From assembly GCA_002269645.1 (NCBI GenBank), contig NIVC01000110.1, forward strand, positions 62,001-126,000: a stretch of DNA of 64,000 bases, given 5' to 3'. Under the pieces are notes generated by a model that saw nothing but the letters and a program-made list of their open reading frames with translations, was not told the origin of the DNA and made no database searches. Positions 1-11,212 of the stretch are shown here, one piece after another. Made by a program: the position numbers and the translations under genes. Source of the DNA: Macrostomum lignano. Its lineage: Eukaryota. Every line of letters begins with the position of its first letter. Position 1 is the first letter of the stretch.

Positions 1-285
1 TTGCTGGGCCAGCCTCCCAGATCCCCAGTTGCTGGGCCAGCCTCCCAGATCCCCAGTTTCTGGGCCAGCCTCCCAGATCCCCAGTTGCTGGACCAGCCTC
101 CCAGATCCCCAGTTGCTGGGCCAGCCTCCCAGATTTTCAGTTGCTGGGCCAGCCTCCCAGTTTTTCAGTTGCTGGGCCAGCCTCCCAGTTCCCCAGTTGC
201 TGGGCCAGCCTCCTAGAGTGTCAGTAACTGGGCCAGCCTCCCAGATCCTCAGTTGCTGGGCCAGCCTCCCAAATCCTCAGGTACT
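1..285 (+). repeat. 28-bp minisatellite (TTGCTGGGCCAGCCTCCCAGATCCCCAG), runs off the window start; probably intronic in DHODH
   Basis: Unit restarts at 1 and 29 and continues with variants to about 285. Confidence 0.9.
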
Positions 286-321
286 GTGTTGAGTCTTGGA
301 AGATTCTCATTCAACCAACAG

Positions 322-1812
322 GAACTTATTCCCAAAACCTCCTCACTCTACAGCACAGCAACCCAGGCGGCTCCCCAGCTGTCAATCAAAGCCTTCAACC
401 GCGACTTCCCGCACCCCGTGGGCCTGGCTGCCGGATTCGACAAGGACGCCCAGGCCGTGGACAGCCTGTTCCGGCTCGGCTTTAGTTTCGTTGAAGTTGG
501 CAGCGTGACGCCTCTGCCGCAGCCTGGCAACCCTAAGCCGAGGGTGTTCCGGCTGTCGGCAGACTCCGCCATCATCAATCGCTACGGATTCAACAGCTGC
601 GGCCACGAGCAGGCTCTGGTTAACCTGCGCTCAGCGTCAGCTAGCGGTTGGGTTGGAGTGAATCTTGGCGCCAATAAAAGCAGCTCAGACCCGGCTGGTG
701 ACTACGCGTTGGGAGCCCGCAAGTTTGCTTCCACAGCAGACTATCTGGTCATAAACGTGAGCAGTCCCAACACTCCCGGCGTGCGTGATCTTCAGCGGCG
801 TCAGAAATTGCAAAACCTTCTGGCCGGTGTGCTGGCTGCCGCAGATGAGGCTGTCAAGCTGGATGGCTGGAAAGGCAAGCGGGGAGTCGGTAGGCCGCCC
901 GTACTATTGAAGGTCAGTTTTGAAGTTAATTCTATAAACAGTATTTAGCATTAACTCCATGCGTATCTGTCAATTCAATCTATCAATATAGTCTGAAGAC
1001 TGCATGTCACAGATGGGGGGGGGCATTGGGAGTTTTCTGCTGGCTGTTACAGTTGCAAAAATGCAGACTCTATGAATAGTGTTCTGCAGATGGTGCTGAA
1101 TGCATCTGTGGCGCTCAGTGCCCATCTATTTGATCCCGCCTTCTTGACTGCTTTCTCTCCTTTGTCCCTCTCTTTCTCCTCTCTCCCCTCTCCCCTCTCT
1201 CCTCTCTCCCCTCTTCTCTCCTCTCTATTCTCTCCCCTCTCCTCTCCTTTCTTTCCTCTCCGCTCCCCTCTTCTCTCCTTTCTCCTCTCCTAGCATACAT
1301 ATAGCATAATGCTACATGCATTCCTAGTTACCATGGCAACCCCGCCTCCGCTGTCTCCGCAGATCTCGCCAGACTGCTCAGACCAAGAGTTAGCAGACAT
1401 TTGCGCCGTGGCCGAATCAGTTGGAGCAGACGGTCTGATCATCTCCAATACTACGGTTTCTCGACCATCCAGCCTCTCGGCTTCATCAGATCTGACAGGT
1501 CAAGCTGGCGGCCTGAGCGGTCAGCCATTGGCTGTCCTGGCTAATCGAGCCATCAGCTCAGCTTACCGGCTCACTGGAGGCCGAATGCCAATCATTGGAG
1601 TTGGCGGCTTGTGCAGCGGAGCCGACGCACTGGAGAAGCTGGAGTCCGGAGCCTGCCTGCTGCAGCTGTACACCGCACTGGTCTATGAAGGCCCACCCGT
1701 GGTGAACAGGATCAACCGGGAGCTGGAGGCACTGCTGAAGGCTAAGGGCTATCGCAGTGTTGCGGATGCTGTGGGTGCGAAGCACCGAGCTGAGAAATGC
1801 TCTGGTAGGTGA
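322..1812 (+). CDS. DHODH: Dihydroorotate dehydrogenase, class 2 (quinone, mitochondrial type); last two coding exons 322-912 and 1363-1812; 5' exons not seen
   Basis: Motifs PVGLAAGFDK, GFSFVEVGSVTP, RVFRL..INRYGFNS, GVNLGANK, YLVINVSSPNTPG (catalytic Ser), GGLSGQPL, IIGVGG, LLQLYTALVYEGP. Acceptor AACAG|GAA at 322, donor AAG|gtcagt at 912, acceptor ccgcag|ATC at 1363 joins PVLLK to ISPD in phase 0. TGA at 1810-1812. Confidence 0.93.
1150..1292 (+). repeat. CT-rich low-complexity tract in DHODH intron
   Basis: Almost only C/T. Confidence 0.85.
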
Positions 1813-1964
1813 TGAGGCAATGTTCGGCTGTTGCGGTGGCCGGTTCGGCTCGTCTTTGACTGCCTCTGCCTCTTAATCCTCGCGTCACCTTGCTCTCTCT
1901 CTCTCAAATTCACTGTTATACTCATATCCCACAGGACCCTGTTAACGGTGACACTCATTTAATT

Positions 1965-2395
1965 CTATAAGATCTCTCTCCTTGTCTCTTCCCTCTCCCC
2001 TCTTTGCCCTCTCCCCTCTCCTCTCATCTCCTCTCCTCTCCTCTTATTTCCTCTCTCCTCAACTTCTCTTATCTTATCTCTTCTCTCTCTCCTATCCTAC
2101 CCTCTTTCCCCTCTCCTCTCTTCTCTCATCTCCTCTCTCATCTGTCCTCTCCTCCCCTCTCCCCTCTCGCTTCCCTCTCATCCCCTCTCTCTTTCTCTCT
2201 TCTCTCACATCTCCTCTCTCTCTTGCCTCTCCTCTCCCCTCTCTCCCCTCTCTCCCCCCTCTCTTCCCCTCTCTTCCCCTCTTGCTCCCCCCTCCTCTCC
2301 TCTCTCTTCCCTCTCCTCTCCCCTTTCCTCCCTCTTTACTCTCCTCTCCTCTCTCCCCCTCTCTTCCCTCTTTCCTCTCTCCTCTCCCTCTTCAG
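1965..2395 (+). repeat. CT-rich low-complexity tract
   Basis: Almost only C/T; the Leu/Ser/Pro ORFs here are artefacts. Confidence 0.85.
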
Positions 2396-3022
2396 ATTTG
2401 GATCAAGACTTTCTAGCAATTTTCCGGGAAACTTGTTCAAAAAATCTACTTTTTCCCCTTAGTCTGAAGCGTCAAGTGTCGCGATTGGCATTTTTATAAT
2501 GACATCAATTGACTGAAAGTAGATCATATATATATTTTAATTGGCAGTTATATACTATTTAGTTTGTTATAATTTAAATTTAATCATGTTTGGCTTTTCT
2601 AGTAAAATTGATACTAATATTTTTGTTAGTTTTAAAATTATTTTGTTTTATAAAATATAACGGTAAGAAACGCTTTGCACTACTTTCTTGTAGTGAGTAG
2701 TAGCTACAAAGGATGTAAATAATCGTATGCTGGGCCTGCTGATTCTAATTTAATTTTTTCAATCTGATTAGAGAATCTTTGTTACTCTAGACTGTGCATA
2801 TTTTTTCGGTTCAAATGGAAACCTGAAGTCACCGATCTGAACAAGAATCTCATCTTTCATGACATGAATTTGTGCAGAAAATGGTACTTGAATCCTATTT
2901 GAATTGATTATTGATTTACATGCCGGAAGTGCAAGTCAAGCAAAGCAGCAAGACTTGTGGACTAATTAAATTTTTGAACTTTAAAAAAGCCCTCATTCCG
3001 CTGAAATTTGAGCACAGCTTTT

Positions 3023-4600
3023 TGCTGGCGCCACTTGGTGCTGGCGCCCCTTGGTGCTGGCGCCCCTTGGTGCTGGCGCCCCTTGGTGCTGGCGCCCCTT
3101 GGTGCTGGCGCCCCTTGGTGCTGGCGCCCCTTGGTGCTGGCGCCCCTTGGTGCTGGCGCCCCTTGGTGCTCGCGCCCCTTTGTGCTGGCGCTCCTTGGTG
3201 CTGGCGCCCCTTGTTGCTGGCGCTCCTTGGTGCTGGCGCGCCTTGGTGCTGGCGCCCCTTGTTGCTGGCGCTCCTTGGTGCTGGCGCGCCTTGGTGCTGT
3301 TGCTACTTGGTGCTGGCGCCCCTTGATGCTGGCGCCCCTTGATGCTGGCGCCCCTTGATGCTGGCGCCCCTTGATGCTGGCGCCACCTGGTGCTGGCGCC
3401 CCTTGGTGCTGGCGCCCCTTGGTGCTGGCACCACTTGGTGCTGGCGCCCCTTGGTGCTGGCGCCCCTTGGTGCTGGCACCACTTGGTGCTGGCGCCCCTT
3501 GGTGCTGGCGCCACTTGGTGCTGGCGCCACTTGGTGCTGGCGCCACTTGGTGCTGGCGCCACTTGGTGCTGGCGCCCCTTGGTGCTGGCGCCCCTTGGTG
3601 CTGGCGCCCCTTGGTGCTGGCGCCCCTTGGTGCTCGCGCCCCTTTGTGCTGGCGCTCCTTGGTGCTGGCGCTCCTTGGTGCTGGCGCCCCTTGTTGCTGG
3701 CGCCCCTTGTTGCTGGCGCTCCTTGGTGCTGGCGCGCCTTGGTGCTGTTGCTACTTGGTGCTGGCGCCCCTTGATGCTGGCGCCACCTGGTGCTGGCGCC
3801 CCTTGGTGCTGGCGCCCCTTGGTGCTGGCACCACTTGGTGCTGGCGCCCCTTGGTGCTGGCGCCCCTTGGTGCTGGCACCACTTGGTGCTGGCGCCCCTT
3901 GGTGCTGGCGCCACTTGGTGCTGGCGCCACTTGGTGCTGGCGCCACTTGGTGCTGGCGCCACTTGGTGCTGGCGCCACTTGGTGCTGGCGCCACTTGGTG
4001 CTGGCGCCACTTGGTGCTGGCGCCACTTGGTGCTGGCGCCACTTGGTGCTGGCGCCCCTTGGTGCTGGCGCCCCTTGGTGCTGGCACCACTTGGTGCTGG
4101 CGCCCCTTGGTGCTGGCGCTCCTTGGTGCTGGCGCCCCTTTGTGCTGGCGCTCCTTGGTGCTGGCGCTCCTTGGTGCTGGCGCCCCTTGTTGCTGGCGCT
4201 CCTTGGTGCTGGCGCGCCTTGGTGCTGGCGCCCCTTGTTGCTGGCGCTCCTTGGTGCTGGCGCGCCTTGGTGCTGTTGCTACTTGGTGCTGGCGCCCCTT
4301 GATGCTGGCGCCACCTGGTGCTGGCGCCCCTTGGTGCTGGCGCCCCTTGGTGCTGGCGCCCCTTGGTGCTGGCACCACTTGGTGCTGGCGCCCCTTGGTG
4401 CTGGCGCCCCTTGGTGCTGGCACCACTTGGTGCTGGCGCCCCTTGGTGCTGGCGCCACTTGGTGCTGGCGCCACTTGGTGCTGGCGCCACTTGGTGCTGG
4501 CGCCACTTGGTGCTGGCGCCACTTGGTGCTGGCGCCACTTGGTGCTGGCGCCACTTGGTGCTGGCGCCACTTGGTGCTGGCGCCCCTTGGTGCTGGTGCT
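3023..4600 (+). repeat. 16-bp GC-rich minisatellite (TTGGTGCTGGCGCCCC / ...CCAC), about 98 copies, with higher-order structure
   Basis: Direct reading; the variant GCTGTTGCTAC recurs at 3296, 3744 and 4272. Confidence 0.95.
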
Positions 4601-5032
4601 AACGTATTTTCATCTATCCTTTCGCAGCAGGCTGAATAACTGACGACCGTATTAGTGGTCGGGCTTAAATGTAAATTCCGATCATATAATTTATGAATAT
4701 TGGCATTGCCTACTGCGAATATCGTAATTGATTTATTTTTGTTCAGCCGAGTGCAGATTTCTTGGCAGAGAGTCTAAATTGAACGGGTTTAGCTATATAG
4801 CTATAATAAGGTATATGGATGATGCTGAAATTAATTCACTCTCGAACTCTACGGCTGATAAGATATCTTCATGCTTGACTACTCTGCTTATCAAGATTTA
4901 GGGGTCACTGCATTCTGAAATTTTAAGGTCTGTGAGCTCATTTCTTGCATGCAGATTACTGTATCAATGATCCTTCTGTCAGTTCAGGTGTCCGGGGTGT
5001 ATCAATCAGTATCTGGCGCGTAAGGTGTCTAG

Positions 5033-5679
5033 ATTAGGGTGTTAGATATGTCTGATTAGGGTGTCAGATGTCTCAGAGTGTTAGGTACGTCTTAATTAGG
5101 GTGTCAGGTGTCCAAATCAGGGTGTCAGGTGTCTCAATTAGGGAGTCAGATGTCTCGGAGTGTCAGGTAAGCCTTAATTAGGGTGTCAGGCGTCAAATTA
5201 GGGTGTCAGGTGCCCAAATCGGGGTGTCAGGTTTCTCAGTTAGGGTTTCAGGTATCTAATAAGAGTATCGGGTGTCTAATTAGTGTGTCAGGTGTCTTAA
5301 TTAGGGTCTCAGGTGTCTAATTAGGGTCTCAGGAGTCTAATTAGGGTCTCAGGAGTCTAATTAGGGTCTCAAATGTCTAATTAGGGTGTCAGGTGTCTTA
5401 TTAGGGTCTCAGATGTCTAATTAGGATCTCAGGTGTCTAATTAGGGTGTCAGGTGTCTTATTAGGGTGTCAGGTGTCTAATTAGGGTCTCAGGTGTCTAA
5501 TTAGGGTGTCAGGTGTCTTATTAGGGTGTCAGGTGTCTAATTAGGGTCTCAGATGTCTAATTAGGATCTCAGGTGTCTAATTAGGGTGTCAGGTGTCTTA
5601 TTAGGGTGTCAGGTGTCTAATTAGGGTCTCAGGTGTCTAATTAGGGTGTCAGGTGTCTTATTAGGGTGTCAGGTGTCTA
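5033..5679 (+). repeat. 20/21-bp minisatellite containing TTAGGG (AATTAGGGTGTCAGGTGTCT[T])
   Basis: Degenerate at the 5' side, homogeneous from about 5280. Confidence 0.9.
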
Positions 5680-7796
5680 TATTTTTGTATTAAATTTGAA
5701 AACTGTCTAAGTTGTATTATAGATTACTGAACTTACATACAACATGCAATGTGTTTATAGTTAGTTCTGTTACACCTATCAATTCTATTTTTCATCTGAT
5801 CTGTTGCAGATCCCCGCAATAATTGCATCTGAGTTCCAGCTGGACTTCCCAACTGTGTGGACTGGGATCACAGCTAGGTTTTGGCAATTCCTTGGAGAGG
5901 GTCCTTGTAGATATTATACAAATATTGAATTGGACAGGGATACTGCAACCGCCGGTATATCCACGATCCCGCGCTCTTATTCAGCTGTCCATTCGGTTTG
6001 GGGAAAATTAAATAAACTCCACAGATCGAAACTGCTGGTTAGTTTAATAATGGCCGAAACACGTACACTAATGCAAGAAATGCGAGTGTGTGTTAGCTGG
6101 CACGAGTGTCCTGGGTTGCTGTTGCTGTATACAGATCCAGACCGCTGTCAGCTTTGATTCAAACTCGGAATCTTAAAGAGACTTGGCTAATTAATTAACA
6201 CATATCGCTTCATTAGCCCAAGGCCCAAGAAATTTTTTTGAAGGCCGATTTTTGCAGGAATATTTGTGTGGGGACCCTGGCACAACGACCTCGGCGACAT
6301 CTATGGTAAAAACCCATTTAACTCTATGCAAAATGCTAATATTCTCTTATTCGACGCGTTCAAAACAGTCTGGAAGTGCTGATATGCTGAACAAATCCCT
6401 TTAAATACTGTGTATCTCGCCAGTACATTCTGCAGTAAAAACAGAGACCTTGTGCTCAGTGCCCGCAGTGTCTAAGCAGCAACCCTCTGCATTCTGACTG
6501 GTTGATAAACAGTGTGAGGGTATATAGAGCTCAGTTATCAAAGAAAGTGATTGATACGACGGCTTGACTTATCTCTAAACTGCATGTGCACTTTTGTGCT
6601 CTTTGATAACACTGCCTTCTGTTTGATTTTTGATTTTTGGAGTTCTCGAGAATCGTCTGGAATACCAGTTATCCTCTCTCATCCCTTTCTCTTCCCCTCC
6701 TTTGTCACCCTCTCCTCTCTCTCTTCATCTTCTTCTTTCCCATCATCTCCTCTCCCCCTCTTTTCTCCTCTCATCTCCCTCTCTCTCTCTGACTCCCAGT
6801 TCACCTCCCCTCTTACTGGCTCAACCGCCATTCAAACTCAGCCTGGCATTAAATTTACACACACTTCTCAGCACAGCCTTGACTTTACTATAGTCGGAAA
6901 AACCATATGAGCCCAATAATCTGGATTGTGGCTCTGCAATACACTTGAGAAATTCAATTATTGACCGCTTATATTTCTCTGAAATCAGCGGTTCCTTTTC
7001 AACCGGTCTCGTTATTTCTTCCGTTGACGGAAATGAGGCAGAGTGAATGAGAGACTTTGGAGAGAGAGAAGATGGATTATTGCGGGTTATGAGTCGGTCT
7101 GGTCGCTGGTTAAGTGTGTTAAGTTCCTCATATACTTCTACATGTATATTCAGCCCGACACACACACACACACACCCACACATACAACACTCAAAAACTA
7201 GTGGAAAAGCAGCAATCCAACACTGCCAGCACAATGCAAAAGAAGGCCGACTTGCAGCAGCAGAAGCAGTATAACTGGGTGGCGGGCCGGTGACGAGAGG
7301 TGAAAATGCAGGGACCAATGGTTGTCCGTGAGCGACTTGAAGAATGGCCGGGCGCCAGTTCTTGATGGGATGAGGAATAGGGGGGGGGCGATCTCGCGAG
7401 TGAATGCGTGTGGAGGATGAGATAGAATAGCCTGCTGCACGGGAGTAAGAAATGCAGAGAATAAGAGATAGATTGTGAGAGGCGGCAGGGCGCTGCCAGA
7501 AAGTCCGCGGGGGGCGCCTTCTAAGAAACGCAAATAGAGGACAGGAGAGGCAAAGTTCCTCAACTTGAAGGTTTCCCCCTCCAGTCAGCCAAGTGCGGGC
7601 CACGACTGATCTCTCTACCCAGTCATTTTCTGTGGCCTGTCTGCCTGTTGAAGACAAGAACTTTCCAAGCAGATTGTTTGCAGAACAATTGCGCTTCGGT
7701 GCAGGTGAGTGACTGCCGTGCTCTGCTAACTTTAATAGTGCAACAATGCAATCACATCTGACTATATATTCACAAACTGCCATCTGTTAATTACCT

Positions 7797-8285
7797 GTTA
7801 GACAGCAGTGTCACCTGTGTGTTAGACAGCAGTGTCACCTGTGTGTTAGACAGCAGTGTCACCTGTGTGTTAGACAGCAGTGTCACCTGTGTGTTAGACA
7901 GCAGTGTCACCTGTGTGTTAGACAGCAGTGTCACCTGTGTGTTAGACAGCAGTGTCACCTGTGTGTTAGACAGCAGTGTCACCTGTGTGTTAGACAGCAG
8001 TGTCACCTGTGTGTTAGACAGCAGTGTCACCTGTGTGTTAGACAGCAGTGTCACCTGTGTGTTAGACAGCAGTGTCACCTGTGTGTTAGACAGCAGTGTC
8101 ACCTGTGTGTTAGACAGCAGTGTCACCTGTGTGTTAGACAGCAGTGTCACCTGTGTGTTAGACAGCAGTGTCACCTGTGTGTTAGACAGGAGTGTCACCT
8201 GTGTGTTAGACAGCAGTGTCACCTGTGTGTTAGACAGCAGTGTCACCTGTGTGTTAGACAGCAGTGTCACCTGTGTGTTAGGCAG
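7797..8285 (+). repeat. 24-bp near-perfect minisatellite (GTTAGACAGCAGTGTCACCTGTGT), about 20 copies
   Basis: Direct reading; one visible substitution near 8189. No unique spacers, so not CRISPR. Confidence 0.95.
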
Positions 8286-8751
8286 CTACAGCAGTGTTAT
8301 CTGTATGTTAGACAAGAGCTGGCACAAACAACCAGTGTTAGACAGAAAAAGACACTGTTGATCCATATAAGCAACTAGAACTTTTTTGCTCTTTTAATTA
8401 AAAATATTTCATCCTAAATTGATTGATAGCTGGGTCACAGTGGTCAATTCATTTCTTCCCAGTTAATTTTCGACCAATTTCAGAAAAATTTCTATCAGAT
8501 TATTGACAAAAAGTTCAACTAGTTTATTCCTTCGTGGGATGATTGCCGTGCGGCTTTTGATTTGGTGGGATTCACTGTTTTTAGTACAGAGTGCACACCG
8601 CATGCATGAGTGGCCCCTGCATCAAAGTCATTTCCCCGAGGGCTGTTTGACAACAGCTTACCCCATTTCATTTTAGGAGCGCATCGGAGAGAACGAGCTG
8701 ATAAGACTATATATAACTGGAACTGATCAAGTCTGTTGCATAGAAGATTCT

Positions 8752-9395
<644 letters not shown>

Positions 9396-9879
9396 ACTTC
9401 AGTCTGTAATATGTTGTGTTTCGCTTCTGCCAGTTTCATCTTATTTTCAAGGTTTTTGCTCCATTCTATACAAAAGCAGAGGGCCGACCTTTAAGCTGAC
9501 CCTCACCCCTAAGTGGATGCTGTCTGTCATTTCCTTTTAACTGTCAGTGAATCTCAGCTCGTGGTACACTTGGGCCTGGTGTACCGTGGTGTGTTCAGTC
9601 CTTGAAGCTTCATCCATGATAAGTACTTTTAGTACTTTTAGTCAATTTAGGTTCTGTAAAATCAATACACTCTATTGTTTCTCTGCAAAAAGTTAAGCAC
9701 AGTTGGCAACGGTTAGTACGCAGCTAAAGAGTCCGCTTGCATTGCGCTAGAAAGCTTTGACCCACCCCCCAGTAAAGCCGTCTGACTTTTGTCTGACAGA
9801 ACTGACGATCTGTACAAAAACTTTTGGCGTCAAAAGTGGCGCTAATCTTGTCTCAACTTAGGCGCCAACCCTAACGTAG

Positions 9880-10170
9880 TTTTGGTGCTAAACCTGACTC
9901 ATTTTCTGCGCCAACCCTGACTCATATGTGGCTCCAATCCTGACTCAAATTTGACGCCAATCCTGACTCAAATTTGACGCCAATCCTGACTCAAATTTGA
10001 CCCTAATCCTGACTCAAATTTGGCGTCAATCCTGACTCAAATTTGGTGCCAATCCTGATTCAAAGTTGGTGCCAATCCTGACTCAAATTTAGCGCCAATC
10101 CTGACTCAAATTTGGCGCCAATCCTGACTCAAATTCGACGCCAATTCTGACTAAAAGTTGGCGCCAATCG
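9880..10170 (+). repeat. 23-bp minisatellite (CCAATCCTGACTCAAATTTGGCG), about 12 copies
   Basis: Direct reading; units carry CCAAT and TGACTCA, and a subset carry TTTGGCGC across the junction. Confidence 0.9.
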
Positions 10171-10782
10171 TGAATCAAATTTCTTTAAATCTACAAAAAT
10201 TCAGTGCTTGAGCATTTGCTGTTCTACTAAACATGCGTAGGGCTTTCTTAGAAACAATAATGCCATCTCCCACCCGCATGGCATGTGGAAGCCAGCCGAG
10301 TCAAAACAGTCAGACAGACAGTTTGAAGGAAGCCTTCAGGCATTACACGCTCGCATGCTGTTTTCATTGCTATGCGCAAAGAGAAGCAGACCAACCTCAT
10401 CACGGTGAGATAGACTCAGCTTCTTCATCGGGCATCGCCGTTTGCCTTTGAGTTATGCCTGCACCAAAATAATGTCCGTAGCCGCGAATCCTATTTTTAA
10501 CCTTCCGGATTTCGTAATCGTTTAATCCGGGTACGATGCGCTAATCCAGAGATTAAAAAGCTTTATGCTCCTATTTTTTTTATTTGTGAATTTTTATTCT
10601 GACTACACTACTTAGAATACATACATATATAGTAGTATACAAATAATTTCAAGTCGACTTTTGCAAACTAACTACCGGACCCAGTTAAGAACATATATTG
10701 TCCTCTTTAACTGATCACTGAGATTCATTTCTCTCTCATTTCCGCTCTCTACCTCCTCTCTCCTCTCTATCAGTTATATCCT

Positions 10783-11030
10783 CTTCCGCTTTCTACCTGA
10801 TCCCTCAGATTCACTTCCGCTTTCTACCTGATCCCTCAGATCCACTTCCGCTTTCTACCTGATCACTCAGATCCACTTCCGCTTTCTACCTGATCCCTCA
10901 GATTCACTTCCGCTCTCTGCCTGATCACTCAGATCCACTTCCGCTGTCTACCTGATCACTCAGATCCACTTCCGCTGTCTACCTGATCACTCAGATCCAT
11001 TTCCGCTCTTTAACTGATCACTTAGATTCC
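10783..11030 (+). repeat. 31-bp minisatellite (CTTCCGCTTTCTACCTGATCCCTCAGATCCA) just upstream of the Kv splice acceptor
   Basis: Units start at 10783 and 10814; about 8 copies; candidate acceptor tttatttccag at 11056. Confidence 0.88.
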
Positions 11031-11212
11031 CATTCACATTTCGTCTTTATTTCCAGGAAATGTGAGTCCCAAAAGTGCCCTGAAGAAGCCTCTAAAAGCC
11101 AAACAAACTGATGCAGAGCAAATCAGGAAACAGTGGGAGAAATCTCCCCAACAAATCGGAGCTTCCAGCCTTCTCAACCTCTCTGCTCCTCCTACACACA
11201 GGCTGATCCGCC

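Noticed and set aside
2911-4643. Long ORFs over the 16-bp array
   Set aside because: They are translations of a tandem repeat, open in several frames on both strands.
7797-8285. CRISPR-like appearance of the 24-bp array
   Set aside because: Units are contiguous with no unique spacers, there are no cas genes, and the context is eukaryotic.
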